Positions 46,270-56,106 of a stretch of 64,000 nt of DNA are shown here, piece after piece. How positions within the stretch are numbered: position 1 is the first letter of the stretch; every line of letters begins with the position of its first letter. The stretch comes from Flectonema sp. DT1601. Its lineage: Eukaryota. The notes below the pieces were generated by a model. That model made no database searches. It had not been told where the DNA came from and worked only from the letters and a program-made list of their open reading frames with translations. The DNA is taken from positions 806,001-870,000 of the forward strand of contig OZ025780.1 of assembly GCA_964019425.1 (NCBI GenBank), written 5' to 3'. Both the position numbers and the translations under genes were made by a program.

Positions 46270-48480
46270 ATGAGCTGCACATTTTACTTCAAACTGTTCT
46301 ACTTGGCAACCGATTCGGCAGAAGACAAACGTAACTGTAAAGTTCTAGTTTCAATATGTACATTCGCGCTTATTCTATCACTGTTCGCCTCAATATTTGA
46401 GAGTCCGAGCAAGGCATCAAATATCTCAAGTTGGATAGCCTGCTCATGTTCGATGTTATTTTTAATAAAATGGTTTGTGACGAAGAAACAAACAGACTTT
46501 GATAAGATGCTCTGCATGTTATTCTATCTCTATTTCATATTATTTTCTGACATCCTTAACGCGAGTGAAATGCGGGATCCGATATGGCCCGCTGCTGTAT
46601 TAATAGTTGATGTAATACTAACCTGTAGAATGAAGAATGGACTTGGTAAAACAGTAGTTATTTCGGTAACCGTTTATCTTTTTATTGTTGCTATTGAGCG
46701 GGCAAGTCGCTTCGGACTCTACGACCTCGTTGGTAAGAAGATGCGAGGCTTTCGAGGATGTTTCAGTGCCACACCTGAAGAGATTGCTGCCACTCCTTGC
46801 AAACAAGACATCACATCATCCCTTTCATTTTCTGTCTTTTACATTGGAGTGTTTTTAATTGATTTCTACTGCACTCGTAGCTTCGCTGAAGGAATGCACA
46901 GGGAGAAAGCTAAGCTCGAGTCGAGTATCTCTCTGGCTGAGTCAGTCGTTTCTGATCTGGTGCGCTTCGATCTCGATGAGGCGGGACAGCGAATTGATAT
47001 GGAAAGCATTACTCCCCTCACTGAAACCCTCAGTCAGCTACTTCGAAACCTTCATCAGTACCGTCCTTACCTGCCGGACTCGTTGTTCGCAGAAGAAGTT
47101 CGCTACTCTGATCAGGCGCTGCCTCCGTCAGGACCTTCAGCAGCTATACTATTCACAGACATCAAATCCTCGACTGCCATGTGGGAAGCTGCTCCCGACG
47201 CGATGAAGAAGGCGCTCAAGACACACAACAACATCATCAGAAGTTGTGTGTTGGCCTTTCGTGGGTACGAAGTGAAGACAATCGGTGATTCATTCATGGT
47301 TGCCTTCGAAGCTTTGGCTGACGGGTGTGCATTCGCGATGGAAGTGCAAGAACGTCTCGCGGAGGCCACGTGGCCGAGTGATTTGAAACTTCCTCCATCG
47401 ATGGAGAGTCAAGGATGGAAGGGAATCACAATTAGAATTGGTCTTCACTACGGGGAGGTAGAGACTGAAGTTGGTGAAGTTAGTGGCCGTACGGACTACT
47501 TTGGCCGAACAGTGAACAGGGCAGCTCGACTCGAAAGCGTGTGTTCACCTGGAGGGGTAGCCATCGACTGCTCTTTGTTGGATCAAGTTGAGTTGTCGGA
47601 AGGGTGGCACGCAACACGAATATCAAAGACTTTGAAAGGAATTGATGAGCAACCCGTCAGCATCGCTATTTTAGTAAAAAGAATATTCTTGGATTCCATT
47701 TCTGATATGAGTTCTGTGACTGACTCAATTGTACGCTGCAGTTCCAATAAAGTAGCACTCGAACTGGTACAGAAGAAAGGTGCGACCACTTGTACTGTCC
47801 GCCTGGAGTGTCAGATTGAAGAGGAGGGATTTGAGCTGCGAATCAACAACGCATTGGGGAAGGCGATTCTCTGCACGGAGATGTCTGAGGGATCGATTGT
47901 CACGTTGTTGTCGTCTTCCATTACGATCGGATGGAACACTGCTCGAGTTTCGTCATCGCATGTAGAAAACGGATTGCGGTTCGTGTCTCTCATGCACGCT
48001 AACTTCTCATCATCGAGTGAGGTCTTCATCGGACTGTCATCCAGTGCTGTTCATTGTGGAAGGGTTGGGACGAGGGATCAGCGATTCGTTACGGTATTCG
48101 GAAGTTGTGTTAACTTGTGTGGGTTGCTTAGTCAGGCCAGTTATGATATCGGAGCCTTTGCACTCACAACAACAACTGAACAGTCTCCACGCTATCCATT
48201 TCAACGCCCAATCGATTGCTGGAATGACAGAGTTGAGGGACCACTTCTTGTTTGTGAACTTCACGTTGAAGGATTAAAGGAACAGTTTACCGCATACTCA
48301 TCGATCATACGTGATTGTGTAGACGAACCGATCGTCGAATGGGGATGGAGTGATGACTACTGGGATGCATTCCATCGACGTGACTGGGAAGCGATCGATG
48401 ATGTGAGGTCAAAGGAAGATCTGATACTGAAGAAAGTTACAGAAATGTTTCGAAAGGGGAAATCTTTAAGACAGAGTTGA
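46270..48480 (+). CDS. Multi-TM class III adenylate cyclase, paralog 1
   Basis: FTDIKSST, EVKTIGDSFMV, RIGLHYG, DYFGRTVNRAARLES (Lys/Asp specificity residues indicate ATP). N-terminal TM bundle and a degenerate second cyclase-like domain. Confidence 0.9.
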   Translation: MSCTFYFKLFYLATDSAEDKRNCKVLVSICTFALILSLFASIFESPSKASNISSWIACSCSMLFLIKWFVTKKQTDFDKMLCMLFYLYFILFSDILNASEMRDPIWPAAVLIVDVILTCRMKNGLGKTVVISVTVYLFIVAIERASRFGLYDLVGKKMRGFRGCFSATPEEIAATPCKQDITSSLSFSVFYIGVFLIDFYCTRSFAEGMHREKAKLESSISLAESVVSDLVRFDLDEAGQRIDMESITPLTETLSQLLRNLHQYRPYLPDSLFAEEVRYSDQALPPSGPSAAILFTDIKSSTAMWEAAPDAMKKALKTHNNIIRSCVLAFRGYEVKTIGDSFMVAFEALADGCAFAMEVQERLAEATWPSDLKLPPSMESQGWKGITIRIGLHYGEVETEVGEVSGRTDYFGRTVNRAARLESVCSPGGVAIDCSLLDQVELSEGWHATRISKTLKGIDEQPVSIAILVKRIFLDSISDMSSVTDSIVRCSSNKVALELVQKKGATTCTVRLECQIEEEGFELRINNALGKAILCTEMSEGSIVTLLSSSITIGWNTARVSSSHVENGLRFVSLMHANFSSSSEVFIGLSSSAVHCGRVGTRDQRFVTVFGSCVNLCGLLSQASYDIGAFALTTTTEQSPRYPFQRPIDCWNDRVEGPLLVCELHVEGLKEQFTAYSSIIRDCVDEPIVEWGWSDDYWDAFHRRDWEAIDDVRSKEDLILKKVTEMFRKGKSLRQS

Positions 48481-48829
48481 GCTATTGCCCGCATTTCGTT
48501 GTTTTATACCCGCCAAGTATTCAGCTGTCGCGGCTTTCTAGCCCCGTGTTTTGCTGCTGATTCTGTTTTCGTGTTTTATAACTTTCGAGCATCTTCTCTT
48601 CTACGGAACAGACAACACACAATTAGATTGCATCTCTGTAGGACATTTCATTTTTGAGTTAGCTTATTGACGTTGTGAATACTCATTAAAAGATGAGAGT
48701 GAAGGATATGATTTTTCATGTGTTTTCAACAGGCAGTCATATTTACAAACATCGAAGCTGTTGTCTCTGAACTTTTTCTGATTAATTTAATGTTGTCAAC
48801 CTGAATAGCTTCCCCTTCTACCCCCAGTC

Positions 48830-51034
48830 ATGAACTTCTACTTTGAACGTTTCTATGGGGAATCTGATACAGTTCAGGAGAAGCAGAATAAGAAGATTCT
48901 TGTTTCAATGATTTCACTCTCATCGGTGCTTACTCTGTTTTCAGTAGTCGCCGCCGGAGAGACTTTCGTAGCAGTGATGGTGAACGCCGCCGCTGGTGTA
49001 ATTTCAATTGCTGTTCTCATAAAGTGGTTTGTGACAAAGAGACAAACTGAAATAGATCGAACCGCTTGTATTTTTCTTTATCTCTTTTTAATTCTTTTTG
49101 CTGATCTCATTTGTATTAGTGAAATGCGAGAGCCGTTATGGCCACTTGCTGTATTGTTGGTCGACGCAGTTTTGCTGTGCCGCATGCGAAGTGAAATCGG
49201 AATAGTAATTGTCGTATTGGTGACTGTGTATCTCATTGTCTCTTCTTTTGAAAGAGCAATTCGCTTTGGATTCTACGACATTGTTGGTACAAAAATGAGA
49301 GACTTGAGAGAATGTTTCAGCGTCACACCTGAAGAGATTGCTGCCACACCTTGTAAACAAGGTGTTTGGTACTCGATGTCGCTGGCTATTGTTTACATTG
49401 GAGTGTTCCTAGTTGATTTCTACTGCACTCGTAGCTTCGCTGAAGGAATGCACAGGGAGAAAGCTAAGCTCGAGTCGAGTATCTCTCTGGCTGAGTCAGT
49501 CGTTTCTGATCTGGTGCGCTTCGATCTCGATGAGGCGGGACAGCGAATTGATATGGAAAGCATTACTCCCCTCACTGAAACCCTCAGTCAGCTACTTCGA
49601 AACCTTCATCAGTACCGTCCTTACCTGCCGGACTCGTTGTTCGCAGAGGAAGTGAACCTAGATATTGTGCTGCCTCCGTCAGGACCTTCAGCAGCTATAC
49701 TATTCACAGACATCAAATCCTCGACTGCCATGTGGGAAGCTGCTCCCGACGCGATGAAGAAGGCGCTCAAGACACACAACAACATCATCAGAAGTTGTGT
49801 GTTGGCCTTTCGTGGGTACGAAGTGAAGACAATCGGTGATTCATTCATGGTTGCCTTCGAAGCTTTGGCTGACGGGTGTGCATTCGCGATGGATGTGCAA
49901 GAACGTCTCGCGGAGGCCACATGGCCAAGTGATTTGAAACTTCCTCCATCGATGGAGAGTCAAGGATGGAAGGGAATCACAATTAGAATTGGTCTTCACT
50001 ACGGGGAGGTAGAGACTGAAGTTGGTGAAGTTAGTGGCCGTACGGACTACTTTGGCCGAACAGTGAACAGGGCTGCTCGACTCGAAAGTGTTTGTGTGCC
50101 TGGAGGGGTAGCCATTGACTACTCTTTGTTGGATCAAGTTGTACTTGAAGTCAGCTGGTACCACACACGAATATCGAGGACTTTGAAAGGAATTGATGAG
50201 CACCCGATCAGCATCGCTGTGTTACTAAAACACAAGGATTCCGTTTCTGATTTTTTGGGTAGTCCCAGTCCCGGTGAAGCGTTACTGCATTGTCGCGGCA
50301 TTCCTAAACTTGAAGGGATGGCACAGAGGAAATGTGCGACCACTTGTACTGCCCGAATAGAACCACGGGAATCAGGAACCGACTATGAGCTAGGAATAAA
50401 TATCGCATTGGGGAAGGCGATTCTCTGCACGGAGATGTCTGAGGGATCGATTGTCACATTGCTGTCGTCTTCCATTACGATCGGATGGAACACTGCTCGA
50501 GTTTCGTCATCGCATGTAGAAAACGGATTGCGGTTCGTGTCTCTCATGCACGCTAACTTCTCATCATCGAGTGAGGTCTTCATCGGACTGTCATCCAGTG
50601 CTGTTCATTGTGGAAGGGTTGGGACGAGGGATCAGCGATTCGTTACGGTATTCGGAAGTTGTGTTAACTTGTGTGGGTTGCTTAGTCAGGCCAGTTATGA
50701 TATCAGAGCCTTTGCACTCACAACAACAACTGAACAGTCTCCACGCTATCCATTTCAACGCCCAATCGATTGCTGGAATGACAGAGTTGAGGGACCACTT
50801 CTTGTTTGTGAACTTCACGTTGAAAGACTAAAGGGAAACTCTTCACTAAATTCATCAATTAATCGTATTAATGACTTCAGTATAGTAGAAGAATGGGGAT
50901 GGAGTGATGACTACTGGGAAGCATTCCATCGACGTGACTGGAAGGCAATCGATGCGAGGACTTTAAGAGGCGATCTGATTCTTAAGAAAGTTGCAGAAAT
51001 GATTCAGATGGGAAAGTCTTTGAGGTCGGTCTGA
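48830..51034 (+). CDS. Multi-TM class III adenylate cyclase, paralog 2
   Basis: Same catalytic motifs; divergent TM region and linker. Confidence 0.9.
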   Translation: MNFYFERFYGESDTVQEKQNKKILVSMISLSSVLTLFSVVAAGETFVAVMVNAAAGVISIAVLIKWFVTKRQTEIDRTACIFLYLFLILFADLICISEMREPLWPLAVLLVDAVLLCRMRSEIGIVIVVLVTVYLIVSSFERAIRFGFYDIVGTKMRDLRECFSVTPEEIAATPCKQGVWYSMSLAIVYIGVFLVDFYCTRSFAEGMHREKAKLESSISLAESVVSDLVRFDLDEAGQRIDMESITPLTETLSQLLRNLHQYRPYLPDSLFAEEVNLDIVLPPSGPSAAILFTDIKSSTAMWEAAPDAMKKALKTHNNIIRSCVLAFRGYEVKTIGDSFMVAFEALADGCAFAMDVQERLAEATWPSDLKLPPSMESQGWKGITIRIGLHYGEVETEVGEVSGRTDYFGRTVNRAARLESVCVPGGVAIDYSLLDQVVLEVSWYHTRISRTLKGIDEHPISIAVLLKHKDSVSDFLGSPSPGEALLHCRGIPKLEGMAQRKCATTCTARIEPRESGTDYELGINIALGKAILCTEMSEGSIVTLLSSSITIGWNTARVSSSHVENGLRFVSLMHANFSSSSEVFIGLSSSAVHCGRVGTRDQRFVTVFGSCVNLCGLLSQASYDIRAFALTTTTEQSPRYPFQRPIDCWNDRVEGPLLVCELHVERLKGNSSLNSSINRINDFSIVEEWGWSDDYWEAFHRRDWKAIDARTLRGDLILKKVAEMIQMGKSLRSV

Positions 51035-51251
51035 ACTCAATTGTTCCTTCGATGTGAAAAAAAATAAAAAGCTTTCCAGCTTTTATCTGTTTTCAATTTG
51101 TTTCTTAATAGTATTGCAGTGGTGTGTCTCATTGTAATTACAACAGATAATACAAATATTGTTATGGCTGTTTGCTACTGATTGAGGTATAATAAGATGT
51201 CCCTTCTTTACTAAACATCATTGCAACCCCTCAGTTGACAAGAATAGAAAT

Positions 51252-53516
51252 ATGAATTTCTACTTCAAATATTTCTTCTCTCCAACTGACTCACACGAAG
51301 AGCAACGTAAAAAGAAGATTGTAATCGGAATGTGCACGTTTTGCTTTGGAATAACATTCATTGGTGCGGTGTCTGCGAGTAATAGTGATCTATTAATTTA
51401 CACCTGTGTGGGTGGCTGTGGATGTATTTTAACGATGCTGTTAAAATGGTCTATATCCAAAAAACAAACTGATTTGGAAAGAGCGATTTGCTTGTTTTTA
51501 TTTCTATCTTTCATTCTATTTTTTGATCTGATTAGTATGAGTGAAATGAGGGGAACTGTGTGGCCAGTCGCTGTTTTACTTGTCGATGTGGTACTGCTGT
51601 GTCGTATGCACAATTCTATCGGTAAGGCAATTGTTTTAATAGTCGTCCTTTATTTAATTTTGATTTCTATTGAGCGTACGTTACGATTTGGGCTCTTCGA
51701 CCTTGTTGGCGAAAGGATGCGCGGATTAGACGGGTGTCTTAGTCTCACACAAGAAGAACTTAATGCGACACCTTGCAGAGTAGGTGGAACCTATGCTGCA
51801 TCTGTTGCTTTACTTTATTTAGGTGTATTTGTAGTTGATTACTTATGTACTCGCACTTTTGCTTTAGGAATGTACAAAGAGCAACAGAAACTCCAGTCGA
51901 GTATCACTCTGGCTGAGTCAGTCGTTTCTGATCTGGTGCGCTTCGATCTCGATGAGGCGGGACAGCGAATTGATATGGAAAGCATTACTCCCCTCACTGA
52001 AACCCTCAGTCAGCTACTTCGAAACCTTCATCAGTACCGTCCTTACCTGCCGGACTCGTTGTTCGCAGAAGAAGTTCGCTACTCTGATCAGGCGCTGCCT
52101 CCGTCAGGACCTTCAGCAGCTATACTATTCACAGACATCAAATCCTCGACTGCCATGTGGGAAGCTGCTCCCGACGCGATGAAGAAGGCGCTCAAGACAC
52201 ACAACAACATCATCAGAAGTTGTGTGTTGGCCTTTCGTGGGTACGAAGTGAAGACAATCGGTGATTCATTCATGGTTGCCTTCGAAGCTTTGGCTGACGG
52301 GTGTGCATTCGCGATGGAAGTGCAAGAACGTCTCGCGGAGGCCACGTGGCCGAGTGATTTGAAACTTCCTCCATCGATGGAGAGTCAAGGATGGAAGGGA
52401 ATCACAATTAGAATTGGTCTTCACTACGGGGAGGTAGAGACTGAAGTTGGTGAAGTTAGTGGCCGTACGGACTACTTTGGCCGAACAGTGAACAGGGCAG
52501 CTCGACTCGAAAGCGTGTGTTCACCTGGAGGGGTAGCCATCGACTGCTCTTTGTTGGATCAAGTTGAGTTGTCGGAAGGGTGGCACGCAACACGAATATC
52601 AAAGACTTTGAAAGGAATTGATGAGCAACCCGTCAGCATCGCTATTTTAGTAAAAAGAATATTCTTGGATTCCATTTCTGATATGAGTTCTGTGACTGAC
52701 TCAATTGTACGCTGCAGTTCCAATAAAGTAGCACTCGAACTGGTACAGAAGAAAGGTGCGACCACTTGTACTGTCCGCCTGGAGTGTCAGATTGAAGAGG
52801 AGGGATTTGAGCTGCGAATCAACAACGCATTGGGGAAGGCGATTCTCTGCACGGAGATGTCTGAGGGATCGATTGTCACGTTGTTGTCGTCTTCCATTAC
52901 GATCGGATGGAACACTGCTCGAGTTTCGTCATCGCATGTAGAAAACGGATTGCGGTTCGTGTCTCTCATGCACGCTAACTTCTCATCATCGAGTGAGGTC
53001 TTCATCGGACTGTCATCCAGTGCTGTTCATTGTGGAAGGGTTGGGACGAGGGATCAGCGATTCGTTACGGTATTCGGAAGTTGTGTTAACTTGTGTGGGT
53101 TGCTTAGTCAGGCCAGTTATGATATCGGAGCCTTTGCACTCACAACAACAACTGAACAGTCTCCACGCTATCCATTTCAACGCCCAATCGATTGCTGGAA
53201 TGACAGACTTGAGGGACCACTTCTTGTTTGTGAACTTCACGCTGGGAAGCTCAAAGATTGGTTATTTTCTTCAGTCAAAAAAGACTCATCAGATACCCGC
53301 GTTTCCTGGGAATGGAGTGATGACTACTGGGATGCATTCCATCGACGTGACTGGGAGGCAATAGAATCCAACACTGACAAGAACGAAGATTTGGTGTTAA
53401 CTGAAGTTGTAGAAATGCTTCGAAAGGGGAAGTCGTTAAGGCCACAGCGAATAATAGAACATATCCGTGCTGGAGAAAATGTGTCTATCATTCGGCCTAA
53501 GCAGGAAGACGAGTAG
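51252..53516 (+). CDS. Multi-TM class III adenylate cyclase, paralog 3
   Basis: Same catalytic motifs; core matches paralog 1, while TM region and tail diverge. Confidence 0.9.
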   Translation: MNFYFKYFFSPTDSHEEQRKKKIVIGMCTFCFGITFIGAVSASNSDLLIYTCVGGCGCILTMLLKWSISKKQTDLERAICLFLFLSFILFFDLISMSEMRGTVWPVAVLLVDVVLLCRMHNSIGKAIVLIVVLYLILISIERTLRFGLFDLVGERMRGLDGCLSLTQEELNATPCRVGGTYAASVALLYLGVFVVDYLCTRTFALGMYKEQQKLQSSITLAESVVSDLVRFDLDEAGQRIDMESITPLTETLSQLLRNLHQYRPYLPDSLFAEEVRYSDQALPPSGPSAAILFTDIKSSTAMWEAAPDAMKKALKTHNNIIRSCVLAFRGYEVKTIGDSFMVAFEALADGCAFAMEVQERLAEATWPSDLKLPPSMESQGWKGITIRIGLHYGEVETEVGEVSGRTDYFGRTVNRAARLESVCSPGGVAIDCSLLDQVELSEGWHATRISKTLKGIDEQPVSIAILVKRIFLDSISDMSSVTDSIVRCSSNKVALELVQKKGATTCTVRLECQIEEEGFELRINNALGKAILCTEMSEGSIVTLLSSSITIGWNTARVSSSHVENGLRFVSLMHANFSSSSEVFIGLSSSAVHCGRVGTRDQRFVTVFGSCVNLCGLLSQASYDIGAFALTTTTEQSPRYPFQRPIDCWNDRLEGPLLVCELHAGKLKDWLFSSVKKDSSDTRVSWEWSDDYWDAFHRRDWEAIESNTDKNEDLVLTEVVEMLRKGKSLRPQRIIEHIRAGENVSIIRPKQEDE

Positions 53517-53969
53517 TAGTCTTGTTTCGGTAAAACGAAAGAATGAAATGCGCGCAGCCCTAAAAAGAAATAGGAGTAAGTGGTCCGGTTGCGCGACAAA
53601 CAAAGACAAGTTGAGAATTACTTACCGATTTCTTTTTATCTCGAAGACATGTTTTCGAGCGAAAGAGAGTTTGTGACAGCGTCATGGTAACTCTTTTATT
53701 TATAGGATCGTTCCCTGTTGCACAACAAACAAAATGGAACTACTATATTTCGACTTTCTAATTATAACTTTCTGTAGGCTTTACAGCCAACGAGTAGCTC
53801 ATCAGACTCTTTGTTTGTTTTATCTCATTTCGTCTCACAGGAAAAAAGAAAATGAAAGCCTCTTCAAACCTGTCTTAGCAGGTGTTGGAGAACTTATATA
53901 TAATTCCTCAGAGATGCGGCGGGTTGACATCATTCTTCTTTCTATTTAGATGATCAATTGCATAATAAA

Positions 53970-55766
53970 ATGAGACCAACTCGCGTCACTGCTGCAGCTA
54001 CCCGTTGGAAGGAAAGTGTCCGATCATCGCAGTCGGTTTTGTTTACTGCTGACAGTAAAGCGTCGTCGGTTGTCGGACCAACGATGACGCCGCTGAATAG
54101 ATTTCTGTTTAAGATATCTCAGGGATCGTATTACGCAATTAGAGTTCCTTTACTGAGATCTGGTTTTAAGAGAGTCCAGAGAGACTCTTCTATACCTTGT
54201 AATGTTGTCTGGAGAAGACCATTTAGTATTGGTAAAAAAGAGCCTGACCTTGCGGAGGATTCTGAAGAGAATGAAAACATCTATCTCCACCCGACTCATA
54301 TTCAGCAATGGGTTAATCACTTTCCGGGTAGTTTTGTACATTTGGGATCAAAGGATGGAATGTATAATTGTGTTAAAAGTATGCAGCGTAAATTTGGATC
54401 TGAATTTGACATCACTCCAAAGACGTGGATCCTTCCTGAAGAGTACCAAGAGCTGTATCAATACCTTTCTGACAATCCCAAACAGGAAGTTATCTACAAA
54501 CCGGCTCGTGGAAGTTGCGGACGTGACATCGAAGTTGTTCGTGGACTCGATCCAAAATTAGTCAGACTGCTGACCTATGCCACTGCGCCTTCTCCACCTC
54601 CTGAGGAGAAGAAGAGTAAATTAAGATACCGAAAGTGGGTCGTTCAAAACTATATCGATCCTCCTTCTCTTATAAATGAAAGAAAATACGACATCAGACT
54701 TTATGTTGCGGTGACTTCTGTTAGACCACTGGTTGCTTATGTCTTTAAGGAAGGGTTGGTGCGATTTGCAAGTGAAAAATATGAAACTCGGAATCGACTC
54801 AGTCAACTGACAAACAGCAGTTTGGCGAGAAAACGTGAAGCGACACTTAAGAAGAACTCGGAATCTACGGAGAAAACACCTGAAGTGATTTACGAATCGG
54901 TTCCGCCACCACCAATACTGAGTGAGCCATTGAAGGATTGGCAGGTTACCAGTCGTGATGCTTCGAAAGGTGTTGCGGCAGAAAGTGACCCAACGTGGCC
55001 TCGATTTAAGTGGTCACTCAGCGAGTTAAAACAACATCTTGAATTAGAGTTCGGTGCTAAAACTTGGGACTCCATCTGGTCAGGTACAAAGAACGTCATC
55101 TTGAAAACTTTAATAAGTTCCGAAAGACCCATTAGCTCCAACCTCATAAAACACGACAAGGGTGAAGTCTACACCAACCAGGGATTTGAGTTATTCGGAT
55201 TCGATATTATGATAGACGAAAACAACAAACCTTCACTAATAGAAGTTAATTGTATTCCTTCTTTAGAATCGAGTAGTAACATGGATTGGATGGTTAAGTG
55301 TGGAAGTGTAACAGATTTATTTAATATGTTGAACCTTCAAAGCTTCTCAAAAGGATCAGTCGAAGACTTAGCAATGAGAGCAGAATTAGACAGTTTCAGA
55401 GAACAAATCCGAACTTTCGAATCTCACTTGGTAGCAATTGAAAAGGGAGATGACTGCGATAAACAAGGGAATCCCTTCGCCTCAATACCAGTGATTGAAG
55501 AATCGCTCGTTTCACTTCGGAAGGATGTCACTCGATTATCAAAAAAAGTGGCCGCGGCAGATTCGCGGAAGCCTAAAATCAACCACACTTGGAACCCTCA
55601 TGACTTCTCTCTCCGTGTCGCTGACGAAGTGAGTAGCCGTGGAGGGTACGAACCCATCTTTCCGACAGTCGAATCAGTTAAGGATAACTCCTCGTTCTTT
55701 GAAGGCTCTCCATCAGAAGATCGTAACAGAGAGTTGTGGAAGGCAATGGGAATTCAATCCGCATGA
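53970..55766 (+). CDS. Tubulin-tyrosine-ligase-like (TTLL, polyglutamylase-type) protein
   Basis: Motifs VNHFPGS, IYKPARGSCGRDI, VVQNYI.PP..INERKYDIRLYV, EGLVRFAS, FELFGFDIMID, LIEVN..PS. First ATG at 53970. Confidence 0.9.
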   Translation: MRPTRVTAAATRWKESVRSSQSVLFTADSKASSVVGPTMTPLNRFLFKISQGSYYAIRVPLLRSGFKRVQRDSSIPCNVVWRRPFSIGKKEPDLAEDSEENENIYLHPTHIQQWVNHFPGSFVHLGSKDGMYNCVKSMQRKFGSEFDITPKTWILPEEYQELYQYLSDNPKQEVIYKPARGSCGRDIEVVRGLDPKLVRLLTYATAPSPPPEEKKSKLRYRKWVVQNYIDPPSLINERKYDIRLYVAVTSVRPLVAYVFKEGLVRFASEKYETRNRLSQLTNSSLARKREATLKKNSESTEKTPEVIYESVPPPPILSEPLKDWQVTSRDASKGVAAESDPTWPRFKWSLSELKQHLELEFGAKTWDSIWSGTKNVILKTLISSERPISSNLIKHDKGEVYTNQGFELFGFDIMIDENNKPSLIEVNCIPSLESSSNMDWMVKCGSVTDLFNMLNLQSFSKGSVEDLAMRAELDSFREQIRTFESHLVAIEKGDDCDKQGNPFASIPVIEESLVSLRKDVTRLSKKVAAADSRKPKINHTWNPHDFSLRVADEVSSRGGYEPIFPTVESVKDNSSFFEGSPSEDRNRELWKAMGIQSA

Positions 55767-56106
55767 AACGCAACTGAGTTTGCGAAAATGATCTGCGGGG
55801 ACAAAGTAATTTTCTACACAAAATATTACTCTAAAGAGTAGACTGCTACACAGCACCAGCTTCCATTTTTTATAATACGAAGGTAACCTTATCATATGGC
55901 CAACGTTATCAATTGGTCGGCAAGCCTCGTGACTGTCTTCTCTTATGTTTTATTAACTGAATCTTACTTTTTTTTCGTTTTGTAACATCAGTTCAACAAT
56001 ATGATACTCGGCAGAGTAATCTACAAGTGTGTTTGGGTATTAATTTTCTTGTAAACTATTATTTTTATTCAAAAAAAAAAAAATAAATAAAGGGACCGTT
56101 CCGCCA

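Noticed and set aside
56027..56092. Possible 5' UTR intron (GTGTGT..A-rich AAG) before the OFCC1-like gene
   Set aside because: It ends AAG rather than ACAG and gives no reading-frame support; it cannot be tested without RNA data.
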